DNA of 64,000 bases from Octopus sinensis (Eukaryota), in assembly GCF_006345805.1 (NCBI RefSeq), contig NC_043026.1:14983579-15047578 (forward strand), written 5' to 3'. Below are positions 37,100 through 51,411 of the stretch, piece after piece. Each line of letters begins with the position of its first letter. Within the stretch, counting starts at the first letter, position 1. Made by a program: the position numbers and the translations under genes. Below the pieces are notes generated by a model that was given only the letters and a program-made list of their open reading frames with translations, searched no databases and was not told the origin of the DNA.

Positions 37100-37433
37100 T
37101 GAGACCCCCTTCGGTCACGACACAGACCATGGGATTGCACCTAGAAAGTTACCCTCCCAGGCACAAGTCCGGGCAAGGTTGTTTATGGAAGACCAGCAGT
37201 CGCCCATGCATACCGGCCTCCCCTCTCCACGCCACCAGTGTTATCCAAGGGAAAGGCAAAGGGGCCGATACAGCTTGGCACCAGTGACGTCGCAACTCAT
37301 TTCTACAGCTGAGTGAACTGGAGCAACGTGAAATAAAGTGACTTGCTCAAGAACACAACACGCAGCCCGGTCCGGGAGTCGAGCTCACAACCTCACGATC
37401 GTAAGCTCGACGCTTTAACCACTGAGCCATGCG
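37100..37433 (-). mobile_element. tRNA-derived SINE (second family, CORE-like TTGAGCAAGTCACTT segment)
   Basis: Minus-strand head CGCATGGCTCAGTGGTTAAAGCG ... GCTCGACTCCCGG followed by a non-tRNA body. Confidence 0.75.
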
Positions 37434-38132
37434 AAATAAATAATTATATTTTTAATAAATGACTGCTGAAACTAATGAATAAGATGATGATGGTGATTAG
37501 AGTGGCTTTTTTGTGGTGGGGATGTGAATACTTGCATTGTGGGGACCAATGTGTAAACAAAACACTTGAGTTGTTGAGTAAATGTAAATGAATGCTTTAT
37601 CAGTTGGAAACAACTGGAATTATTTCAAAATGGATTTTTAGATCTTAAGAGGGAGGAAGTGAAAATCAAATCCAAATAACAACAGGAGTGTCTTTGTGAT
37701 AAGAGGCTTGCTTCCCAACTACATGGTTCCAGGTTCAGTCCCACTGTGTGGCACCTTAAGCAAGTGTCATCTACTATAACCAAAGCTTTGTGAGTGGCTT
37801 CGGTAGACAGAAACAGAAAGAAGTCCATCATGTATATATGAGTGTATATATGTATATATATATCATCATCATCGTCATCGTCATTTAGCGTCCGCTTTCC
37901 ATGCAAGCATGGGTTGGACGGTTCAACTGGGGTCTGTGAAGCCAGAAGGCTGCATCAGGCCCAGTCTGATCTGGCAGTGTTTCTACGGCTGGATGCCCTT
38001 CCTAACGCCAACCACTCCGTGAGTGTAGTGGGTGCTTTTTACGTGCCACCCGCACAGGTGCCAGACAGAGCTGGTGAACGGCCATGGACGGATGGTGCTT
38101 TTTACGTGCCACCGGCACGGGATATATGTATA

Positions 38133-38181
<49 letters not shown>

Positions 38182-38548
38182 GTATATATATATATATATA
38201 TCTGTGTGTGTGTGTGTGTGTGTTGATGAATATATCTGAATGCAGTGGATTATGTAACCTGTAGAGCAGAGACTACAAAACTTGTATGAAAAATTCAAGT
38301 TGAGATAATGAATGCAATGAGAGGGTAATCATGCCTTTCCAAGTATAAATATTAATCCCATATATGAAGACTGAAATTAAACACAGAAATCAAATGATTA
38401 CACCTAATTTGAAGTAATTAAAGAGATAATTACTATGTTCATGCTGAAACAGAATCCTGTTCTTCACTAAATTGCCAAAATTTGGGTTCTATTTAAGAAA
38501 GGCCAGCTCTCTGTTATTGTCTCCCTCTCACGATACATGTGTATGTAC

Positions 38549-38584
<36 letters not shown>

Positions 38585-40108
38585 TGTGTGTGTGTATATC
38601 AGAGAGAGAGAGAGCGAGAGAGGAGAGAGATATAATATCCAGGAAAATACAGAAACGTCAGTGCTGGTTCCTTCAGATGAGGCATTTTATGGTAAATTTC
38701 CTTTCGCTCCCATCCAAAGTTACAGTTTTTTCCTGGCTACTTTGAGTGTAAAGTACAATATTGATAATAAGGGGACTGAAGAATTTGAACATTCAACCTT
38801 TGGGTTTATTTAACAGTTTGTTTAATCATAATAATTGTCCAACATATGTTTCGATTACATTAACCAACATGTATGTTTCAGTACCATCTCCTCATTGAAG
38901 AGGAATTCTAAGCATTTGCTTAAATGCTAAGGAAGGGATCATTGTCCAGCTATAGGGGGTAGAACATCTTGAGGGTTATTAAGAGCTTATAGTATTTAGT
39001 TTAACATTTTAATTTCTAGGGGATAGTCCTGAAACATATATGTAGGCTCTTTCACATTTTTTCAGCTTTACAACTTATAATTAATTTATTTCTATTGTCA
39101 TGGTTTAAAAAATTTTTTCAAAATTTTTATAGGATACAAATAAATTTCTCACACATCCATATTTTCTCCATTTTCACTAAAGGTGGTGCTCCAGCATGAC
39201 CATATTTGAATTACTGAAACAAGTAAAGGAATAAAACAATATATATATATAGGTACATATATCATCATCATCATCATCATCATCATCATTTAACGTCCTT
39301 TCTCCATGCTAGCATGGGTTGGACAGTTCGACCGGGGATCTGGGAAGCCAGAAGGCTGCACCAGGCTCCAGTCTTATCTGGCAATGTTTCTACAGCTGGA
39401 TGCCTTTCCTAACACCAACCACTCCGTGAGTGTAGTGGGTGCTTTTTACGTGCCACCTGCACAGGTGGCAGGCGAGGCTGGCAATGGCCACGGTTGGATT
39501 GGTGTATTTTACGTGCCACCGGCACGGAAGCTGGTCGGGGAGGCGCTGGCATCGGCCACGATTCGGATAATGCTTTTTACGTACCACCAGACCAGGTATC
39601 CTGGCTGGTTCAATTCGATATATATATATGCATACATACATATTAGTTCCTGGTAGATTATTTGCAGAGAAACGCAACCTGAGCTCTGGTCTGTTAGATT
39701 CCAGACCAATACCAAAATTCTTCAAGCATAATAAATGCCAGTTTCACAACAGTAACACCATAGTTATGTTACTGTTATATGCATACATGTATATATATAC
39801 ATGTGTATATATAAACATGTGAATGTGTGTGTATGTGTATATATATATACACATATCTATATACATACGTATATAAAAATAAGCCTATCTATACATATGC
39901 GTGTGTGTATTTATGAGAAGGTTGTATGTTATTTCAGGAAAATTTCTTTATTATTTCTAACAAGACTGTGGCTATGCTGGAGCACTGCCTTTAATTGAGC
40001 AAATCTACTCCAGGATTTCTTCATTGTAAGCCTAGTACTTATTGTATTAGTCTCTTTTGCTAAAATGCTAAGCTATGGGGGACATATACACACACACACA
40101 CACACATA

Positions 40109-40141
<33 letters not shown>

Positions 40142-42433
40142 ATAATATATAAATACAAGCTTCTTTCAGTTTCCATCTACCAAATCTACTGACAAGGCTT
40201 TGGTTGGCCCCAGGCTATAGTAGAAGTCACTTGTGCAAGGTACCACACAGTGGGACTGAACCCAGAGCCATGTGGTTGGTAAGCAATCTACTTACTACAC
40301 AGCCACTCCCACACCTATACACACATAGAAATATATATACACACAGACATTTATGTAAGTGTATATCCATCTATATATACATGCATACGTGAGGACGTAT
40401 ACACACACACACACATAAGGAGGCAATGCCTACTACTCCCGGATATATTATAAGTATCCTCTTAACTGTTGCCATATCTTCATTGCTGTTCGAGCGAAGC
40501 AGACTCACAGAATATTTCTGAGACAGAAAGACTTCAAGCCAGTATCAAAACCCAATAACCAGCCCTGGTAAATATATGCTTCTCCTATTTATTTAACACA
40601 CAATTTACCACCACATTTACATTGCTAAACATTCATTAGACTTATTTCAAACATAAATATACTGTTATATAGATATTGTTTTATTTGCACACACCATTTT
40701 ATAGACTAGACGTTGTTTAAACATTTTGCAGTGTCACATCACAAGTAAAACCTTTCATATCCAGAATATAGTAAAGTATTGTGTGTATAACTATGTCAAA
40801 ACTATTTGATGGAAATGTTCATCTAAGGATACATTATTTTACGTAGTTTAAAGTGGATTTCTAAGTCTCAAGTGAAATTTAAAATTTGCAAATTAATTTC
40901 ATGGCAGATAAATTAATTGGTTGTTTTCATAAACTTAATTTTTAAAAGCTTAGTCAAGAACGACCCTGCATATGATCCAATCGTTTTCTAAGGTCTTTGA
41001 CAGTGGTGAGTGGGGAGAAAGACATTCTCAAAACAAGAGGCCTAATCTGAATGCACACAAAAGAGAAATCCTCTGCTAAAAGCAGCTCAGGGGCCAGATT
41101 TTGGTGTGAAATTAGGTGATAGATTACGTCTGCAACATAGGGTGGCCACAATGGGATTTGAACTCAGATCATAAAGAACCACATTACATACTGCAAGCCA
41201 TCGTGTCCAGTATTTAATTCTACCACCTCAAACTAGTATTTAAATTATTGACCCCTGCATAATGAAAGTCTAAGTTGACCTTGCTAGAATTTGAACCCAG
41301 AACACAAAGTGTCAGTACATACCATTCTAATGATTCTACGATGATTGATCTTTTTCTTTTTAATCAATGAAATGTTTTAAACTGCTTTTTATTTTAATAT
41401 TAATCTTTGATTATAAATGAAATTGTTCTGGTGATTTCATTTATTTTATATCTTGAAGCAAACAAGAAGAATTGTTTAAATATTAAACAATTCGGTGACA
41501 ACATATATTTTCTCTCTCCGCACATCTTTATCCTACATCAACATTTTCATGTGCAATGCATTAAATAGATTTCTCACCATCTTCGATATTATTTATCAGA
41601 TGGATGGCTTCTGAGAATTATTTCACGTTGTCTGCATTTATTATAAACTCTATTACAAACCAACAACAAAGACCCAAAAATGCCCCTAAAATCATGTTAG
41701 ATAATAACAACTTATAGGTGGGGTCACGGATAGAATGTCTGACCATAGGGTGGCTAGATAAGAATTGAGTTTCAGTTAAACATCAACAACAGAAGCCATA
41801 ATTTTAATTTATTTAAAACAAATATATTTGTTACATTTCAAATATAATGTTATAAAAATAATTTTAGTATTTCAACTTCATAAATTGTATTCTGACATTA
41901 TAAAAGTTAAACATCCTATTAAATTTTAAATGATTATAGTTTTGATATATTTTTCTAAATTACATTTAAATATTGTATTTGAAGGAATAATCTATGTTAT
42001 AATTTGGTAAATTTAGAAATATTCTTGGAGATTTCTGTGGAATTATCAACTTGGTTGAGAAATAGAATAGTGACGGCTTTTTTTTTTAAATTGTATATTT
42101 GTGGATGAGAAAGACATGAATAATATTTGAAGAGAGGGTGTGTCATTTATAGAGATAGGTTAACAGACTAAATGGTGGTGGTCATGGTTGTAGAAAGATT
42201 TCAAGTTATGTATGTAATGTGTGCTGATGTGTTTTACTCCTTTAGTTATTGAAACACGGCCATGTGGAGCATTGCCTTGATGCATTTAACTGATCGTATT
42301 AGCACCGGTATTTCTTTTTAAGTCCGGTACATATTTTAACTGAATCTATTTGTGGATCAGCTAGGTTAGGAAATGAAGTTGATATTTTAATTAAAACAGT
42401 AAGTACTAATGATTAAATGATGGAAAGAATATA

Positions 42434-42516
<83 letters not shown>

Positions 42517-42936
42517 GAGAGAGAAATACACACTTGTATACATACATATATACGCACACTCTTCCCATTTGTGCTAATTTCCTCCTACCATTTTATATTT
42601 TCTTTATTTTTGTCCCACAACAGTGCTTGACAACCGATGTTGGTGTGTTTACATTCCTGTAACTTAGTTGTTCAGCAAGAGACACCAATAGAATAAGTAC
42701 TAGGCTTACAAAGAATAAGTCCTGGGGTCAATTTGTTTGACTAAAGGCGGTGCTCCTATATGGCCACAGTCAAATGACTGAAACAAGTACAAGAATAAAA
42801 GATATATATATATATACATATATACACGTACACTATATAAACACACACACACAGATATAATATATACATGTTTATGTAAAAGGGAAATAAAATGTTGAAG
42901 TTGATATTTAAAAGGAGACAGGGAATGAGAGAAAGA

Positions 42937-42972
<36 letters not shown>

Positions 42973-43492
42973 GAAAGTAAAAGAAGAGAAGGACATATGA
43001 AGGATATAAAATAGGAGTGGGAGGGTTGTTATCATTATTATGATTACTATTACTATTATTAATATTATTATTAATTACTATTACTATTTTTTGGGTGGTG
43101 AGCTGGCAGAATCGTTAGCATGACGGGCAAAATGCTAGGCAGCTATTTGTTTGCCTTTACGTTCTGAGTTCAAATTTTGCTGACATCAACCCTCTTTCGG
43201 GGGGTCAATAAAATAAGTACCTTTTGAGTTCTGGGGTCGATGTAATCAATTAACCTGCTCTCCAGAACTTGCTGGGCATCTGTAAAATTGAAGCCATTAT
43301 TATTATTTTATATATTATTATTATTATTATTATGACTCATCTGCCACTACATCTGAGTTCAAATTCCACCAAGGTCAACTTTGCCTTTCATCTTTTTGGG
43401 GGTCGATTCAATAAGTTCCAGCTATGCACTGGCGGTGATGTAATTTACTAGTCCCCTCACCCCAAATTTCAGGCCTTGTGCCTATAGCAAGA

Positions 43493-43528
<36 letters not shown>

Positions 43529-43794
43529 CATATATTATTATTCTATGTTGACTTTTGCTTTATGTCTGTACAAGTTGGCTCCAAGTCTCACCCAGAGACC
43601 TCAAGAGACAACAGGTTGGAAGTTCTGTGCCATATATTGGGGTTTTTTTTTTTTTTTTGGTGTTGTACTTGAATGTCTAATACATAAAAAAAAAAAATAA
43701 ATAAATAAAAAAAGTAAAATAAAAAAAAAATCAAAAATAAAAAATTATTATTATTATTGTTATTATTATTATATTAATTTATTTATTATTATTA

Positions 43795-43839
<45 letters not shown>

Positions 43840-44019
43840 CATTATTATTATTTATTATTATTATTATATATTATTATTATTATTTCATTATTATCATTAT
43901 TATTATTCTATTATTATTATTTATTATTATTATTATATTATTATTGTATATTATTATTATATTATATATTATTATTATTATTATTTTTATTTATTATATT
44001 ATTATTATTATTATTATCA

Positions 44020-44058
<39 letters not shown>

Positions 44059-44380
44059 TATTATTATTATTATTATGATTATTATATTTTATTACTGTGA
44101 TGAGCTGGCAGAATTGTGAGGATGCAAAGCAAAATGTTGAGCGGCATTTTGTCCATCTTTACATTCTGAGTTCAAATTCCACCAAGGTTGACTTAGCCTC
44201 TCATTGTTTTGGGATCGATAAATTAAGTACTAGTTGAGTACTGGGGTCAGTGTAATAGACTGGCTCCTTCCTTGAACTTGCTGGCCTTGTGCCAAAACTT
44301 GAAATTGTTTTTATTATATTAAAAAAAAAAAAAGAAAATTGCTGTGTTGTTTGTTTTTGCTGCTGCTGCTGCTATTATTA

Positions 44381-44413
<33 letters not shown>

Positions 44414-44454
44414 CATTATTATTATATTATTATATTATTATTATTATTCTTGTT

Positions 44455-44492
<38 letters not shown>

Positions 44493-45142
44493 ATTAATGT
44501 GACGAACAAGCAGAATTGTTACAAAATGCCAGACAAAATACTTTGCATCATTTCTTCCAAGTTTACGTTTTGAGTTCAAATTCCGCCAAGGTTGATTTTG
44601 CCCCTTGTCCTTTTGGGATTGATAAAACAAGAACCAGTTAGGGGCTAGGGGGTGATGTAATCAATTAACCCCAAACCCAAAATTTCAGGCCTTGTGCCTA
44701 TAGTAGAAAGGGTTATTATTATCTTCAAAATATTACCAAAAAAAGTTGATCTGGCAGAGTGTCTACAGCTGGATGCCCTTCCTAATGCCAACCACTCTGA
44801 GAGTGTAGTGGGTGCTTTTACGTGTCACCAGCACGGGGCCAGTCAGGCAGTACTGGCAATGACTCTTTTACACATGCCACCGGCACAAGTGCCGGTAAGG
44901 CAATGCTGGTAACGATCATGCTCAAATGGTGTTGTTTATGTGCCACCGGCACAGGTGCCACATAGCCGCTCTGGCAACAATCACGCTTGGATGGTGCTCT
45001 TAATACCCTACTAGCATGGGGCTTGAGTGCCAGTAAGGCGACGCTGGTAATGATCACAATGAAATGGTGCCTTTCGAGTGCCACTGGCACGGAAGCCGGT
45101 TAGCCGCTCAGTCATTGATCACACTCTTTGTGTAGGTTTTTC

Positions 45143-45258
45143 TTATCCTTTACATAATCTATAAACGTATTGATGTGGTCTGTTTTGATTAGTGTTCAGT
45201 AACATGTCACAATATGAAGAAAACTTGGTAACATGGACTTTTCTGTTCTTAAGATTTC
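45143..45258 (-). repeat. Truncated inverted duplicate of the copy-2 5' coding segment
   Basis: 116-bp counterpart of 24403-24595, with an RTE-tail repeat just to its left. Confidence 0.88.
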
Positions 45259-45874
45259 ACATTCTACATTGTTAGCAGTGTTTTTCACATTATTCTATTG
45301 ATATTCCATAGAAATTATAGTTGGTTCTGATTTTTTGCTAAAACGTTTCCTATCGAGATGTCAGATGTAAACAAACAACAGATGTTTTTCTCTTTGATCT
45401 CATTGTTTGTTTCCGTCTGACAGTTCGATATGAAATGTTGTAGCAGGAATTCAGTCCTGGCTATAATTTCTGTGGAAATAACCTCAACAAAATATTTATA
45501 TTCCTTCTTACTACAAAACTTTTCACCATCACTTATATTCAGTCAATAAAGATAATGGTGTATTTATATCTCCAAGTTTTATTTCTAATGATTATTCCAT
45601 TGAAAACAGTTTAAATGTTTAACTTCACTGTCAAATAAACAATTTACTAAATATATTTAATGAAATGTCTGTTTTCCTTGAAATTGTTTGAATGAATCAA
45701 GTGTAAATACTTTATCAAAAGCTTTTCACAAAACTAATAAAGTTTCATTGTATTTCAGCTTTCATGTAAAATTAGTGAATTTTGAAGAGATAAATTGTAT
45801 TCGAAAGGAAGAAAACAAAATCCACAGAAAAGAATATATTTAACAGAAAAAGATAATAATTCTATATTCATAAA

Positions 45875-48800
45875 ATGGAGAAGATTAATGAAGAAAACAA
45901 AATGTTGGCTCTCATTCCTGCCACAGTCTGTGATACAACACCAATTTATAAGGAAACTACACCAAATCTTCCCCAAATATTACATACACAAAACACAAAG
46001 AAAAACAGAAGAACAGGAAAGAAAAAGACACAAAGAAATCTAAAGAACAGGAAAAGTCCATGTTACCAAGTTTCTTCATATTGTGACATGTTACCGAACA
46101 TAATCAAAACAGACCACATCAATACGTTTATAGATTATGTAAAGGATAAATGTAATCACATGGACTCTCTGGGTTTAAATGGATCTCGAATTTTAAATAA
46201 TGTTAAACGTAAAATGCCAAGATTTCTGGAATTTGCAAAACAAAATAATGATTTTGTTCACCAAAACCTTGATTGGTTTCAACAAAGACTCTTTGACATT
46301 TATGTCACCTGTAACCCATACAACCACAAGACCATTGAACCACCAAAAGTAACCACAAAATTTCGGCCTCTTCGGCCAGCTGTGACCAGAGAAACAAGGA
46401 TTGAGGAATCTGGTGAAGACTTAAGCAACCCCATATCCAATATTGTTGTCATACAAGGGGGTATTATAACATATTCCCGCCACTGTATGGCAATATGTTG
46501 TATAACAAGAGACGGCAACAGAAATGAAGTTCATTGCTCATCTTCTGTTACTGACTTTACTAGAATCAGTGAAGACACAGTCCTGGCCACCCTCCCCTTC
46601 AAAAAAATGATTCTTATTATCAACCCTTTAAGTTTAGAAATCAAAAGAATTCACTAGGATTAATCTTGGTTTCTTATTTGGAACATTCTACGCTTATAGG
46701 TGTAGAAATGTTTGGTCGGACCATATACGTCATTGACTGGGAAGAGAATAGAATAAAATACGAATTCATAACCAAAGAAAACACCAACAGATTGCTGTAG
46801 GAGCACAAAATAAACTCTTAGTATCCTTTTCCAGTATTAACAGGGTTACCTGTTACAATGTGGATGGCCAGCAGTTATTTGAGGTGGATACCAATTCCCT
46901 GGACATTTCAAGCCACATCTCTGTGTACCAAAACCATTTTTATGTCCTCCAGGGACATATTATTTATCGGATTTCAGGTACAGGTGCTGTGACAACAAGA
47001 GAAATTGGCATGAAATGCCGCCATATTTCTGTTGGCAAAGAAAACATTTTTGTAACCGATTATTTTGATGTCCTTCATATCATTGGAACAAATGAAGACT
47101 TTTGGCCCAGGCAGTCATATAACCCCAGCTATGGACCCCAACATTGAACAACTATTTATATTGAGGATTGCTACAACATGACAAATATTCTACCTATGTC
47201 TACATCTTCTATATTAATATTCTACAGGAATAATAAAGCTATATTATTCACTGAGACTGGAGAAATAATTAACCAAAATAATTCAACTTTCCTTGAGATT
47301 CCTTCTTGCTTTTGTAGAATGAATTCTAAAGGATTTCTGGTGTTTTATCGTGAAAACAAAGAATTTCAGTGTATCACATGCCCTGAGCTAATGAAAGGCC
47401 CTTTAATGAAAGTCCATACTGATTACATTAAACTATGTCATGTTGTATCAAATAAGTGTTTAACTCTAACCACAAATGGAAACAAACACGAGGTCCATAT
47501 CCTCTTGATCAAGGATGATAAAGTTGACATTATAGAAAGAATTTCTCTGGGACATCATAATGTCAGCATTGCTGCAACTCCAATTAATTTTGTAGTCGTA
47601 GATGGAAGCGAAAATAAAATGGTATTTTATTCCACATGTGGTGAAGAACTTTTTCAAAAATACCTTCCATTCTATGGCTACCCTCATCACATCTACTCTG
47701 ATAATGTTTATTTCTATGTCCTCTTCAGGAGACACTCTATTTTCAGATGTTATGATATATATGGAGAAATGAAATGGCAATGGAAACTGCCTTTCCCTGT
47801 TCACCCTCACATTGCTGTTTTCCAAGGAACTCTTTATGTCCCGGACACTCAACTCAACAGGGTTCTTCTTTACAAGAATCATGACCAGTCGTCTGGCTGT
47901 CGTTTACCCACGAAAAATCCTTACATCAGAAATCTAAATCTACGACTCAAAGAAAAGGAGAATGACCAAAAACTTGTCATTGGCGAAATATGTAATCTGT
48001 CCAATGGACAGTTGGTGGTGTCTGACATCAACCATGATTGCTTGTTATACATTTCTGAGGAAGGAGACATTGTGTCCAGATTATCTCTGCCGTCTACAGC
48101 CACAGATATATGTCGATGGGATTCTAATCATATAGGTGTCACATTACCCCTACAGAAACAATTATGGGTCATCGGAAACCTATCAAAGACAGTGAGAAGT
48201 GTATCATTAAGGCAGCCTTATGTACGGGTGTGTAAGATGGGTGAAGGTGAAATTGTTTGTTATTGTGATAAACCATCACATTTAAACATTTAGCCATCAT
48301 TTATTATAATCAAGTTGAAGTAATTAAGACAATTAATATCCCTGTTTTGTGAAATCATTATCAATAGACAAGAAAACAGAAAAGCTATTAATTGTTACTA
48401 AGGAAAAAGTTTTTCAGTACAACACTACAATAGGTGGTGGTGGTCATGGCGGTCGTCAAATGGTCCCCAGTGTTTTAATGTCCCAAGTGAAACGTTCCCC
48501 TCAATCTCCAAGGTGGATCTATTGACCAAACGTTTGTTTATCTGATAGACAGAAGCCGAATGTTTGCTATAAACGATCATAATTTGTTGGTTAATGATCT
48601 TGTTACTAATAATCAACTTAATTATTACATCGACCTGGTGGATGTATTTTCCAGAAACATTTCTGTCAGTGAAATGTTGTCTTCCACTTTACATCTACAG
48701 GACCTGACAGTTTCTGATAAAGCCAGACATATTCCTGTCCCTAAACATTTGGGAGACAAAAGATCCGTGAAGATTAATCGTTTGGTTCTTACTAAAAATA

Positions 48801-51270
48801 ATCTGATTGCAGGATGTGACGGAAGAATGGAAACATTAAGATATTCACATTGGATGGTCAGCTTTTAGATTCAATCAAAGTGAATGTTTATGAATGTATT
48901 AGAATGTGTCGATGGCAGTCAAACACACTGGTCATTATGACTGGGGATCGTAATGATGATAATAAACACCAACTGTTGACATTAAAAGTGGAATTTCAAT
49001 TGTCGTTGGTAATTTACCAAACGAGAAATAAATATGAACGTGTGGCTTCTTTATCAAACAATCAACTGATTTTTAGTGAATGGAGAAATGGAGGTCATTT
49101 GTATTTTGTTGATATTGATGAAATACATTCGAGTGTGGAGGAAATAAAACAAATAGACATACCTGAACCATTAATAATGAGAAAAAAAGATGGAAATTAT
49201 TTTGATGGAATCCTGGATATTAAAGTTACTGCTGAAAATGTCATCATTGTCTTCAACAAAAGATTCATCATTTTCTTCAACAGTGATGGTCAATATTTAC
49301 ATTCAGTCAGACACTACATGGGGTATTTTGGTCTTGATGATGACAGGATGACAATTGATAACAGTTTTTTGTATGTTCAGGGTGAGTGGGAGAAATGTTT
49401 TGAGGTACCTTTATTTCGAAACATTTTGTGTTTGACCCAGAATGGGGAATACAAGAGAATATTTTTAAATAAAAGAATTTATAAAGATGACGTAGATTTC
49501 TGCAGTATAGACTGTAAAGGACCAAGATTTGTTGGAAGCCCCAGGAGGGGAAGGAGAGAGAATGAATTGTATGTTGAAGGATTGTTTATGGTGAATCGAG
49601 ACAGCTTCACGGTTGCTCGTTTACAAACAGACGAATGTCCTGTTCAAGTAAAAGATTTTGATGTTTCTGAGGAAGGAAAGACAGTTGTGTGTGAAAAAGT
49701 CAATAATGGAAATGTTAAAATATTCGATGAAGATGGCCAGTTGCTATGTCACAGAAATGTTGCAAGTTTAGTTGGTGGTGTGTGTTTACACAAGAATCAC
49801 ACATAATGGCCACGGTTCCTAAAAGGAAAGAAATATTTCAACTGAATGGAGAAGATTTGCAGACATCTCAAGTTTGGTCGAGTCTCATCCCTTATGGTGT
49901 AATATGGAGAAAAGTGGGGGGTATTTACTGGTGTGTACATATTGAATTGATTGAATGTCATTGCATAAAGATTGATGGGGACCAAGTGAACATTCTGGAA
50001 TCTGTGTCGTTATTAAATCTTGATTCTGGTCTTCGTTTCCCTTCCATTACATCTGAAACGAACAAGGAAATATTCAGTAATGAATTAATTAATAAATTGG
50101 AATACAGAGGAGGAGATGGAGATGGAGGAGGAAGAAGAAGAGGTAAATCAGGTGAAATATATTGGTGAAGGTAGATTAAAGGTGAGATGTGGTAATTACA
50201 TAGCGGAGATTAATAATTCAGGAATTGATGAAATATCAGTGAGAAGACTTCCATATAGGACAGCAATGGTCCCTTTTTCCATTCCTGCATTTGAGGAACC
50301 TGTTGATTATGATTTTATGGACATTAGGGACCGGAACAGTAAACTAATTAAGTTAGATGAAAATGTGAGTGTGTTGATGTTTCGAGAAAGTGTCACATTA
50401 ATCAGAACAACAACAACAACAGTGGACATACTTCAACATGAACAACAACAACGACCACCCCTGGACATATGTCGGTGGACAGAGGAATGTTTCATTGTCG
50501 CCTTTGGGAGAGAAATGAGGGTCTTCAACAGGGATCTCCGTTGTTTAAAAACCATCAGAACTGAGAAATACTACAACAGGATTTATAAATACAACGACAA
50601 TCAACTCGTGTGTGGTGGTCATGATATTAGAGACATAACTCAAGAAGAGAGCGACAAGAAATACCAAAGAAGATGGAGAAACAACAAGGATTACTATCTT
50701 TGCGACGACCCCAACATCTTAGACCCTTATTATGTGGATGTGGTTGATATCAAAGATGGGAAATGTAAAGATGAAGTCTGTCATGGGGAGATGAGGAGAT
50801 GGGGAAGGTTTGAGGGAGAAGAAGGGGTGGATGGTGTGGGAGTTACATCTTTTGGTGATGTTTTTGTTTTGAGGAGGGATTGGAAGGAGAAGGAGTCTGG
50901 AAGATGGGAAGTTTTGTGTTTTGGAATGGTTCAGGGAAAAGTCTTTGGTGAGGAAGATAAGAATAGAAGGCGGAGTATTTTCTCATGTGCAGCATCATAT
51001 TCCAAGACCTCATTTAACCATAATTGGTGAATGTGTTTATATAACAGATAAAGAAACAATATTTACGAAATACCTCGACATATTGAAGAGGAAACATCTG
51101 AAGATGATGAAATCCTGAGATTAAAAGATAATCCAAAATATTTACTCCTCAGTGAGGATGATAATGAAGTCTATGAAGTTCTTGGTTTGGATGTTTCAGA
51201 CAATTCTTTGATGGTTTTTGGAATTATTCCTGGACCTCAATCTTTTGCTTTCTTTTATTTTGACAAATAA
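45875..51270 (+). pseudogene. Multi-beta-propeller gene, copy 2; fragmented by roughly 14 single-base indels (pseudogene or assembly error)
   Basis: Colinear with copy 1 from MEKINEENK to the stop FAFFYFDK* (TAA at 51268-51270). ORF pieces: 45875-46657, 46860-47147, 47178-48293, 48560-48868, 48850-49806, 49746-50168, 50116-51030, 50921-51118. Many indels are in homopolymer runs; I saw no in-frame nonsense substitution. Confidence 0.7.
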
Positions 51271-51411
51271 ATATTTCCAGAAATATTAAACTTCAATCTT
51301 ATTATTTTTATTGTAAATGGGTTCACCCAGGAATTGAACCTGCATCGCATACATTGCATTCTACACACCAACAATCAGTGTTGTAACATTCCTCAACACA
51401 CTTTATTTCAT

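Noticed and set aside
35400-37630. Weak local similarity between 35400-35700 and 37435-37630
   Set aside because: Short, low-complexity and too diverged to support by eye.
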